In this document: positions 34,676-45,942 of the stretch, one piece after another
How positions within the stretch are numbered: the stretch's first letter is position 1
How the letters are laid out: the number at the start of each line of letters is the position of its first letter
From: Chara braunii
Taxonomy: Eukaryota > Plantae > Charophyceae
DNA length: 55,980 nt
Assembly: GCA_003427395.1 (NCBI GenBank)
Contig: BFEA01000017.1
Location: 5,718,181-5,774,160 of the forward strand
Direction of reading: 5' to 3'
The notes under the pieces: generated by a model
What the model saw: only the letters and a program-made list of their open reading frames with translations
The model's database searches: none
What the model was told of the DNA's origin: nothing
Translations under genes and position numbers: made by a program

Positions 34676-36599
34676 GAANTTNGTATGTGGAAAAACCCAC
34701 TAGGTGATAAGAGCANCCTCGTTAAGTGGGCCCCAGCGCCAAAGGCGCATGCATGAACAACCACGCCTGCACTGCCTCCTCCACACCCTCCCCATGTTGT
34801 CGCAGGCTCGTGATCGCCCTGCCACTCCGGACACAACAGTTGTGCACTCACTCCGGACACAACAGTTGTGCACCCTCCTCCCACGCCCACTGCGTCAGCA
34901 AATGGCGATGGCTAGTCCCACCTTCCCTACTGCAGCCCAACACTGACCGCTGCTGTTGCCCGTACTGCTGGACACTTTCTGAAATCCGGATTGGAATTAT
35001 GAACCGCTGTTGTTGCCCGTACTGCATGGACATTTCAACACCCACTATTCCCACAGGGAGAGGGGAAGAGAGGGAAAAAACACCTACACCCTCTCTCCCC
35101 ATGGAAAATCCAGCGCCTATTGAAATCTCAATTACATGTAAAGGAGTCACAAGAGCCAGAGGGATCGCTCCTTTCCCCAAAAGCGACCCCCTGTCGGTTC
35201 ACTACCTCCGCGAGAATGCGCCCCCTCGCCTCCCCACCGCAGTTCGGAAAAGCCCCCAGAATACCCCTCCTGCTCCCTCAGTCGCATACAGTACCCCCTA
35301 AAGTATGCCCCCACAGAGCAGAAGATCCCCCTTCCTTCGTGCCCCACCCCCTCCAAGCGGAACAGCCCTCTCAACTCCCACCCTGCTGACATCAGCACCC
35401 TTTGTCCGTTTTCCCCAACTGCAATGGTTGTTCTGACCCAAAAATCAGCGTGGCCCAAAAAAAGGACAAACCCTCAATACCCCTCCTTCCCTCTCAAAGA
35501 TCACACCACCCGCCTCGTGTAACCCTCGCAGGGAGGGACTCCAACCCTAAAGGAGATATCCATTCTGACACCTCTGACCCCGATCCCGCAACATCACTGA
35601 TTGAGACTAGCTAGCGAACTGAATAAACCGACCATACATTTTAGCCTTACGGACTTGAATTATAGAATCGGAAGCATACTTTGAGAAATTGAAATTTAGA
35701 AACAAGATTAGGAAATCTATCTAAGACATCTTTTGGAATTGAAATTTAGAAACAAGATTAGGAAATCTATCTGAGATATCCAATATTGGACTCACGAATA
35801 TACGAAATCAAGAAAGTAATCCTGATCATAGTTAAGATCCTCGTTAAGGGAAGCGACTATGTACCAAAGGACATACTCATGGATAGAAATTGCACAAAAG
35901 AAATCACTGCGAGCAATCACTCAAAATCCGGAAAACATCAGTCAGAGAGAATCTAATTTAATCAAGGAATACTATCGAAAAAAGTAGTAGTCAGCAAAAT
36001 CATGTTAATCATCAGGCGAAAACAAATACAAAATCACGCCAAGCCAATCAGGTAATCGGAAAATCCAGAAAATAGCGCAGAAACCTACGAGTGTCAAACA
36101 CACGACCCTCCCTTCCCGAACCTCACCTTCACACATCACCGACCGTAAGGCATCTCGGCCGCCATTCGACCACTCCAGACAGTCAAAGTCAAACGGTGAC
36201 AACAACAGACCGCAACACGTTTACCAAAACTATCCACGCCACGTTGCGAAACCAGGCTGGTGAACCCGCCAACAGCTCCCCGCAGGCAGTCCCAGAAGAG
36301 GAGAACTCGTGACCTTACAAAGTATTGCACCTTCTCGTATAGATAAGCAGCAGCAATGAATGATAGCAACCGACCAAAAGCGAGCAAATTAAATCTCCAT
36401 ACGCCAGGAAGCTCGAAAACAACCCACCAAACAAAACCCCAGCAAGAGTTCGACAGGGAATAAGACAGTGTTAGAGAATTTTAGAGTGTTTTGTTAGGGA
36501 TTCCAGGGATTCTAAGCATTCAAAGGACTTATGTGGCTTTCCTTTTTGACTTAGTAATTGCTGCTTGAGTAGCCTAGCAATAGGTCAGTAGTTATCTAT

Positions 36600-37150
36600 G
36601 TTTTTCCTAAATTTTCCTGAACTCCTTTAATAGTTTTCAGATTGTTCTTAACCGAAGCCAGGTAATGGCCCTGGTATTTCAAATGACTTGCATAATTCTA
36701 TATGGGACGCTGGGCCCGGTTCCCAGCACGTGTTGCTCCCCACGAATAGACTGGAGCATTTGTTAAAAAAAAAAAAAAAAACTCATCACAAAATTCTTGC
36801 AGAGCAGTATAGGACATAAAGATGTATGCGACGAGACCCATATTTAGTAAAAGGAAAAGGTAGTTAACCTTTTTTTTGGGGGGGGGGGGTGAAAAGCCCC
36901 TCTGCGAGGCCTCTATCCCAGTGGTGGTAAGAGAACCGCTGGAATTGCGGCTTTGCCTGTTGGGCTGCTCCACACCTGCTGGAAACCGGGTCCAGCGTCC
37001 CTTGGATACATCGTGATAGTACAATGTTTTGGGGCTATGGCCATTTCTATTCCTTGCCTGGAACACCTTTTTTCCCTTGGGGCTACCCTCATAGGCATCG
37101 CAATGGAGCCATGAATGTCAGGTCTGGTGATTCTGACTGAGGGGCTCTTT
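36600..37150. mobile_element. Two convergent short LINE 3' ends (+ ~36600-36781 and - ~36870-37150)
   Basis: Cassette 36704-36757 followed by poly(A); an inverted cassette variant at 36915-37001 followed by a tail. Confidence 0.7.
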
Positions 37151-37294
37151 AGACACTCGTATTGAAATCCTCGGGCAAAAGGAAAAATTCCTTTTGGTTC
37201 AAAAGGAAATTTAGGCCCTTCGTTCCACCTGTCCTCGGGGATGTCGCCCGAGGACATTTCCTTCGAACGATATCAGAAAAGAAAAAAGAAAGGC

Positions 37295-37680
37295 GACGCT
37301 GCTGGCTACTAACGCTGGCGATAGCGGGCGTGGTGCGGCTGGTTGTGGGCGCTGCTATGGCAGGCACGACGTTGCTGGCTCTGGGCGTTGCTATGGCACG
37401 TGCGATGGAGGACATTGAAGCCCACCCAAGAGTATCCTAACTCCCAAGGACAGGCAAAGGTTGAGGGCAGCTATGGTGGGCGACACTGCTCGCTGTGAGC
37501 GCTGGCGATAGCGGGCGCTCCTGCGCTGGCGAGAGCGGGCGCTGCTGGCTGCGAGCACTGGCGATAGCGGGCGTGGTGCGGCTGGCTGCGGGCGCTACTA
37601 TGGCAGGCGTGACACTGCTGGTTGTGGGCGCTGCTATGGCAGGTGCGATGCTGCTGGTTGTGGGCGCAACTATGGTGGGC
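37295..37680 (+). repeat. GC-rich degenerate minisatellite
   Basis: Recurrent GCTGGCGATAGCGGGCG and GGTTGTGGGCGCTGCTATGGCAGG units. Confidence 0.7.
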
Positions 37681-40600
37681 GAGTTGCCGCGGGCTGGGGG
37701 CGTTGGCGAATGGTGGGCGCAACGCTGCTACAAAGGGGCTGTGAGAGGGAGGGGGAGAGATGGAAGAATGCTCCGTGTTGTGATCCATGGCATCACAAGT
37801 TGATGCGTGAGATTAGGGAGAAGCCTCCACTTACTTTGTTTGATGAAGGTTTCTGTGTTTTACTCTCGACGGATGTGGTGGAGGGTGAAATGACATGGAG
37901 TAGGGTGGGAGAGAGGAGTGGGTCGGGGGCTTATGGCGGGCCTCGTCAAGAGCATCAACGACGGTGGGAGAGTATCGTCAACCACGACCATCTCAATCAG
38001 GATGGATGACCTGGCGGTACAAATAAGCATCTGAGGAACAAGCATTGTCAGGAGTTAATCGCTGCGGAGCAAATATTGGTGATGTTTGGCGCAGGCTGAG
38101 GAGGTGATAAGAGCACTTCCTTAGTTTAAGGGTTGGCACTGCGAGTATATGCTGTGAGGCGCGTAAGGGCGGTGGTGAGTTTTCTTCAGGAGCACATCAA
38201 ACGGCAGGTCAGCGGCAAAAGCCCGAGGAGAGGCTGCATTTTCATAAATTTCATCATCATCATCATCATCATCTTCCACATGACACCGGTGAGCATGGCT
38301 GCTGTGCAAGGATAACAACAGCGGCAGGTCTTGTCACCAGCATCATCAGCATCAGCATCAACATCATCATCATCATCATCATCATCATGGCATTTGGCGG
38401 TCGTGGGTAATGTTCGTCTTTTTTTTCATCCATCTTCCTCTTCGTGCCCTTCCCTCCCCCTTCTTCCCCTTTTGACTCTTCTCTTTATTCGGTTGCCTCT
38501 TCGCTTTATTCTTCCCTCCCCCCCTCCTCCTTATTAGTCCTCTACCCTCTTCTCCTCGTTTTCTATTCTCTCCTTTGCTCCGCTTTGGGGTTGTTCTGCC
38601 GCCTCATCCAGCAAGGATGAGGAGTGTAGTGGAGCGACAATGGGTAGAAGTAGAGGAGGGAATGGGGTTGGAGGGGCCGGGGTAGGAAGAAGGTGGGGAT
38701 AAGAAAGGGAGAGAAGGGGAAAGGTAGTAGGTGAGGAGGTGGGATTTGGGATTTAGGGGGGAAAGGGATGGGCCACTTAGTAATATAGGCTGTACTATTC
38801 TCTTAATTCTTACTTCTAATTAGTATCCTTTTTAGCTAATTAATCAACATCCAATCATCATACACATCATCATCCTAATATCCAATCTATTTCTTTCAAC
38901 TAAAATAATATCCTAATTAAATATCCAAATTAATTTCCAAATAATATTCCCGAATATTCCAGAATCATCGTAACTCTCAACTCTTACAACTAAGCTGATT
39001 AGTATTTTTAATACCTAAAATTCCTAAATTCCTACATTTCAAATTTCTGAATTTCCAATCTGCATTTCTACCTTCCATAATACCTAAAAATTTTAATTAA
39101 TTAATTAATAATTAATTAAGTCTTAGCTAATCCTTGATTCCCTCAATATGGTTACATGCGTTTTGATGTTCTCTTGGAATTCTCATAGCATTCAAATCTA
39201 ATCTTACTTCTTATTTCATCAAAAAATGGAGGTTTAAATGTCGCCCTAAATTTTGTTTTCTCCTCCAATGTGCTCTGGCAATTTACTTTCGGATGATGGA
39301 GGTTGGGTGTTGAGGGGGAGAGCTCTACTCCACAGGGGCTTCACAAGGAGGGTGGTGAATGCTCTGAAGGGGGTGGGGGCAGAATATGGGGATTGCCCTA
39401 TTCTGGGGCTGGGATAGAAGTACATTGTAGCATCATATTCCAGCGGGGGCAGATTAGGGTAGAGGTTGCCAGAGGCATACTTTAGATGGGAATTGGATGC
39501 CTTTGTAGGAATAGGAGGGGGAGGGGGTATGTCCCAAGTTGGGGCCAATGGAGAATCTCTGCAAGCACGGCGATTATCTTCGGTGGAGGCAGCGCTGGGA
39601 CACGGGGGAAGGTGAAGAGGGGGGGGGGAGATTTCTTCAATTGATTTCCAAGGTAATCTTTTAGTGCTATGTACACGTCTGGGAGACAGACGGCTGTCTT
39701 TAAAGATCGAAGACATGTGTGCGTACTACGTAGTATTAGGTGCTTCAGAATTCCACAGTCTTCAATTATGTTATATCAAGCTTTCTGGTGTGCTGTAATT
39801 CTTGGTGGCATCTGACCTTCTTCCTCGTTCGGATATAGGATTTCAGAGATGGTGGAATCTAGACTGATATCTGCAGAGTGGCTTTGTTCTGTGCCCCTGG
39901 TTTGCCGATGCCAGAACGACGCTGGTCGGAGCTGGGGCGTTGCCCTGTAACCTGCAAATGGTGGGAGTGTGAGGCCTTGTAGAGACATCTAGGGATTTGT
40001 TGAGGGAGGAAAGCAATCCAGTGGGGAACCGGGGGGGCTGCCTTGACAACCTATGGGACCAGGGATAGTCTAGGTGGCGAGAACAGGTCAGCTATGGTTG
40101 ACGTTGGTTAGGATGGCATTGTCTCTAAGATGTAATGTCCTGGTACAGGGAGGGCTAGGAGTTGTTTTAGGATTAGGAGGCCAAATGTGTTGATATAGCA
40201 TAGTCTTCTAAATTTTTTACATACTAATCATCATCATTATTATCATCATCAGCATTAGTATCATTATCTTACAGTTTACATGGAATCAGCAGGAGTTCAT
40301 CATCATCATCATTATCATCATCATTATCATCATCATTATCATTATATGAGGGATGCTGAGGCCGGTTCTCAGCATGTTCGGTTCGGTCACTCCGGGTAGA
40401 CTGTGAGGACCCCAACCTCAATCTTCTTATTGGTACTATCAGCCTTGGGCACTGGGCCCGTTTGAAAAATAAAAATAAAAAAACAAAATAGTAATAATAA
40501 TTATAATAAAAATAAAAATAAAAAAATCAAATGTGCTTGAAGCCTTCAGCCAATAGGGTGCCGCCACGATTCAGATTCTCGGTTGTAACGTCTCTCTACC

Positions 40601-41183
40601 CATGTGCCGGCTCCTCTCCGTGAAACGCGGATTCCTTTTGCCCAAGGGACCTCGTGAGGTCCTTTGGCCAAAAGGAAGAAATGACTGGTGAATCCTCGGA
40701 GCCCAAGGAATGTCCTTCGGAGTGTTTTCACTTTTTTTTTCCGACTGCATCCCCGAAGATAAGTGGAACGAACAATTCCTCGGGGACTTTACTCGCCCAA
40801 GAAGTGTCTAACGAGCCACTGAGAACTCAACCTCATAATTCCTTTGTTGGGTGTGTCCCGGCCGGCTGCAGCAGGACCTGAGCAGCCACTTCCACCTGGC
40901 CTGACGCTCCTGCATTGCAACGGTTTACAGGGCGGCACAACGCACCCCAGCGAGCTACCAATATTGACCTTGGCCCTGGCCATCCTCCTCAAGCCACCAA
41001 AAGTGACGACAAGGGATTATAATTTAGAACCCAGCACCTATGCGGTGCCGCTCAGGCATGAAACCCACTGAGCTAGCTGAACTTGGCCTTTGATTTTTTG
41101 TTTCTCCTCTCATGTCAGTCTTTGATTTGGATCAAACACTTCATCTGCCTCCACCTGCATCTTCCGATCTCTGCTTCTATGAA

Positions 41184-41612
41184 GGGCCTCGTTCAACACC
41201 ATTTGGAAATTGCGTGTTTTCGAGGAAGTGTCGTTCGACCCCGCCCTAATGGCGGACCCTTGAAGTCACTAATTGTTTCCACATCCCCACGGTCAAGTGT
41301 CCGCCTCAAGTACGGCCCAGGCAAATCGACGAAAATCCCAAGGGTGCTTCGAGAGGTCACTTGGGGCGCAAGTGTTGGACCCTACAAAACGGGTAATATA
41401 CAGACCTTTTTTCTTTTTTTTCTTTTTCTTTTCACCACTCACCACTGTTCCTGCTGCAATGTCGTCATTACTTCAGTTTGAAGGACGGTCGTCTCAAGGG
41501 TCTCGTCAAGGAGTTGTGGAATGAAAAAACACGTTAGTGGAAATTAATCACCTTCCGTAAGTTAGGGTGCCCTTGAAACTCAAGTATTTTCAAGTGGTGT
41601 CGAACGAGGCCC
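41184..41612. mobile_element. Tourist/Harbinger-like MITE
   Basis: TIR GGGCCTCGTTCRACACCAYTTG...CGAACGAGGCCC; 3-bp TSD GAA (41181-41183 and 41613-41615). Confidence 0.75.
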
Positions 41613-41713
41613 GAAGCCTGTTGTTACCGCCGAAACCTTCTCTCTTGGATTCGGTGAGTTGTCCAAAGAGACACTGCAGTGCAGTGCTCCTTCCAGGTAG
41701 ACCATAATGTCAC

Positions 41714-44700
41714 TTTCCTTTTTTTTTTCTTTTTTTTTTTAAATACTCGTCAGTGTTAGTGGTGCTGATAAGAGCAGACACCACTAGCACCTGCGGAGAG
41801 GCTCCATCTATTGGTGGGGAGCATCACGTGCTGGAAAACGGGTCCAGCGTCCCNTAAACAGACTGAGATTGGAGTACATCTTAGCACACAGTTGTGGGAT
41901 CCTGCCAGCATTGATTACCCTGGAGTCCAGGGGATTGACTGAGCAGGATATTGGAGCCGGGGGGGGGGGGGTTCCTCACCTTCAAAACAGGCGTCTGATA
42001 CACATCAACATGCTATTTCCACACCCTTTTTTTAACAAGTACTATAGATACTGGGGCCTGTCTTCCCAGCCATATCTTAGATGGACCGATCAGGTGTGAG
42101 GGGGGGACAGGGAGGCAGGTTCTGCGTCTAGGGGGCAGCCGGGGCAGAAACCTAATCCTCTTATTCCCTTCCTCCATCCTGACAGCTCCTACTCAGATTG
42201 TGATGGGCAGGCACCACAGTATCTCGGCCATACCAACTCCTGTCTCTTATACACATCTAGATGTGTATAAGAGACAGATCTTAGATGGACCGATCAGGTG
42301 TGAGGGGGGGACAGGGAGGCAGGTTCTGCGTCTAGGGGGCAGCCGGGGCAGAAACCTAATCCTCTTATTCCCTTCCTCCATCCTGACAGCTCCTACTCAG
42401 ATTGTGATGGGCAGGCACCACAGTATCTCGGCCATACCAACTCAGCTCGACCAAGGTCTTGTTTGGTAGGGGGAAAAGATTAGGGAACTCAGAAACCGGG
42501 GGGAGTGGGATGTCGCTGGGGATTTCAGTCCATTTATGGAAGAGCAGTCGATAATCCTTCTGAAATTTTTCTAGGCGATCGTTGCCATCCAAAAGTCAGC
42601 CATCCCATTGTATCCATGCAATCCGTCCCCCCTGTTCCCCCCCCAACCAGTCCATGCAGACTTTGTTTAATTTTTGGATAATGTCTGCTCTTTTTATGAG
42701 AGCTCTCATCCTTTGTACTGTCTTTTTCACAGAGCTCTAATTGTTGTTTCGATCATGTCTTTAATCATTTCAGATGTTTCGCCACTTCCAACGTGGGCAT
42801 TTTCAAGTACTAGATTGCACCTGCGACGCCATATGGCCCATAGCACAGCTTCCCTCCCAATCCTAAATAGGTTGGTTGTAAAGGTCGAGGATTGGGCAGT
42901 CCAGTGACCGGTTAGCAGGGTCCTCCATTCCCATGGCCAGTCTCTGTCTGTGTCTAATTGGTTCCAGACCCGGACCCATCCCCGCCATGTAAGAATAGAG
43001 GCAGGGCACTGCAGGAAGAGGTGCTCAATTGTCTCGTTAATCCTTCGAGAGGGGAAACCCTCCCTGCATGCATGGCACCAGGGGAGAGCCCTCCCTTTCT
43101 GCTCCTGGTGGGTGCCATGCATTCGTCGGAAGGCAGCGGTGGTTAATCTGCCATTGAAGCGAAGCAGACTTGGATGGTTTATTTTTCACCTCTTTGAACC
43201 ATTTTAAGTTTCTCAGGGATTCCATTGGTACATTGAGGTGTCGTGCCCAGCGATCAACGATGCGATCTCTTAGATATATTCTAGTCCTGAGCATCCGATA
43301 GGTCGCTTTAACTTCTAGTGCATGGAGGTACCGGTATCTAGGTCTTCCGTTTCTTGTTGGAATCTTCCATCTCCATTCCGCTACATCCATGGGAAGATCC
43401 TGGATTGGCACCTCTGGCCAGAATGCCACCCATGATTCGTTTTCGCTTAGGACTCTTGCTCTATGGAGTATCTTAACATCAATCCATAAGACTTCATCTG
43501 GCACCCCCTGATCAAGCGGTTCTGCGGTGTTCGATAAAACAGGTTTACCAGCACCTCCCCCGCACTAACTGATATTACTTGCCCCACTCGGGTTGCATCC
43601 CCTCTTAGCGCCACCCAGTCTCCTTCCTCTACAGTTGGCCCCGCCGAAGAGTCCGCACCCATGCGAGTAGGAGGGCAAAGAGAATCTGGTCTAGTTTTCC
43701 CCCAATTTTGTGGCAATGAGGGAGCTTATCTCTCAGCTGCTCCTCTGAGAGCCAGTCATTCTTTGATTGGTCTCATAGGTGCCCAATTCTTGTGATCCCA
43801 TTTTTCACTCATCCATTCCATGGGCTGCATGAGCTGAGTAACACCCTCCCATGCCGATCCATTATCCAGCGGTTCACGAGCAACTTCTTCCCATCTTTCC
43901 GGAAATAGCATATCCGGGAGCGGGAGCCTCCTCCAGTCCTTAATTAATTTGGCTCAGAAGTCGTCAGTCCTCAGGTCCCGGCGGGCTGCTGCACGATCTG
44001 AGTGTGGTCGAGGTCTGGATGGGGGCTTGGGGATTGTCCAGAAGACGTCATCTAGCCAGGCCATGGGATGTGTTGAAGGTGCGGCCTCTAGGGCTAACCT
44101 CGACAATTGTTCCCAAGCAAGAGGTTCCCAAGTGAGGCCGGGAGTGCAGATAAGTCGTTTCAACCATTGGAGAGAAAACGCAACCATTTGGGTGGCAGGG
44201 TCAAGAATGCCCAGACCTCCTTGTGGCCTTGGTTGCACCACCGCATCCCAAGCAATGCGACTGATGTTGTGTTGGGCTTCATGGTTGCGCCTCCACAGGA
44301 AGGCAGCCACCTGTTGCTTTAGGGTCTTGGACGTTGTCCCAGAAAGGGGCCAGATTGTTGACTTATACCAGATTGACGCCAGTACCACATTATTTATAAC
44401 TAGGGCCCTGCCCATGAGTGGCGTGTGCTTGTCTTTCCAGATTCCCAGCTTTTGCAAGGCCGGATGCATTATCCAATTATCATTGTTAGGAGGCTTGCCT
44501 TCGGCCGAAAGTGGGATTCCTAGGACCCTGATGAGGGTTTTTAAAGGGAGCAATGTCACCTTGGGTTGCTCAGGAGGCCTACCACCGTCATGATGCATCC
44601 ACCATCCCAGCGTCTTGCTGCCCCAATTGATTGCCATGTCTGATAGGGCGCAGAATCGGACCATTAGATTTTGGATTTTTTCCATATTCCGTACTAAGGC

Positions 44701-45506
44701 TTCTATCATCAATGTGAGGTTGTCTGCAAATACGGAACATATTTGTATTGCCTCCTCTGGTATGGAGGATATCTGAATCCTACTAATTTTTTGGTTGGCT
44801 CTCAGATTGGCCGCCAGGGCCTCCATCACAACCACGAAGAGGTATGGTGTTATTGGGTCTCCCTGGCGGACCGATCGCTGCAGCGGGAAGTCCGGAGCGA
44901 GGTTCCCATTAATCTGTACACGAGTGGTAGTGTTGTGTGTAGTATCCTCACCCACCTTCTGAGGTTCCTCCCAAAGTTCATTTTTTTCCAGACATTTATC
45001 CAAAAAATGCTAGTCCACGTGGTCATATGCCTTCTCAAAGCCGATGAAGAGGAAGGCGGCGTTACACTTGGATTGTCGGGATAGCCTCAGTAGCTCATTA
45101 ACTAGGAGGATATTATCGTGGATGCGTCTCCCCTTTAGGAAGCCCGTTTGTGAGGGGTGGATGATTTGCTGCAATGTCGGTGCCATACGGTTTGCTAATG
45201 CTTTAGATAACATTTTGTAGACCACAGTTAGCAATGTGATCGGTCCGTAGTTACGGATATTCATTTGATCTCCTTTTTTGTATAGTAATGTGAGGACCCC
45301 TTGACCCACCACTTCTCCCATCACGCCCTCTTCCCGCACCCTGCGGTAGAAAACCATCAAATTATCCACCATCAAGGTTCAGAAAGCCTCCCAAAATTCC
45401 TTTGGGAGGCCATCCACTCCCGGGGTCTTTTCTTCCTCCATTTGCATGAGAGTCGTCCATATCTCCTCCTTGGTGATCGGACGGTCCAGAGTCTCTTGCA
45501 TTTGCT
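41714..45506 (-). mobile_element. 5'-truncated L1/Tx1-like LINE (RT, zf-RVT, 3' cassette, poly(A))
   Basis: 'KTPGVDGLP', 'NYGPITLLTVVYK', 'FEKAYDHVD', 'SVRQGDPITP', 'FADN' and 'CHAC..ETIEHLFLQC'; frameshifted. Confidence 0.93.
42240..42277. other. Nextera mate-pair junction adapter (assembly artefact)
   Basis: Exact CTGTCTCTTATACACATCT+AGATGTGTATAAGAGACAG, flanked by a perfect duplication (42074-42239 = 42278-42443). Confidence 0.97.
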
Positions 45507-45652
45507 GAGTTATTGCTTATTCTACTTGTAGCCAATTAGGTTATATGGTATTCGCTTGTGGTATCTCCAATTATTCTGTGAGTGTATTTCATCTGATGAA
45601 CCATGCTCTTTTTAAAGCATTACTTTTTTTGAGTGCAGGTTCTGTGATACAT
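45507..45652 (+). pseudogene. nad5: Nuclear mitochondrial insertion: nad5 fragment
   Basis: [48 protein letters not shown] is the conserved Nad5 core. Confidence 0.93.
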
Positions 45653-45911
45653 TCCAAACAACTTCTAAATAATGAGCTAAAAGTTTCACAGAATCTTCGT
45701 CAAAACCATCAGTACATAAGACTCCCTTTCGCCCTAGTGAAATAATTGACCCATTTTTCGGGCCTCCGTGCAAAAAAACAGGGCTCCACTCCACGTTGTA
45801 TCCACTGCTTCAATTCACCGTGGAGTTCATTATTCTGGTATTGCGACATGCCGCCGCCTTCGACGTCCTCGGAGAACGTTGCCGAAGGTGAGTGTTCCTC
45901 CCCTTCTTCCA

Positions 45912-45942
<31 letters not shown>

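Noticed and set aside
35630-36467. Possible additional LTR
   Set aside because: Matching termini or a TSD could not be defined.
42074-42443. 166-bp direct repeat flanking a perfect 38-bp palindrome (Tn5 mosaic ends)
   Set aside because: The palindrome is the exact Nextera mate-pair junction adapter; this is a library/assembly artefact, not a transposon.
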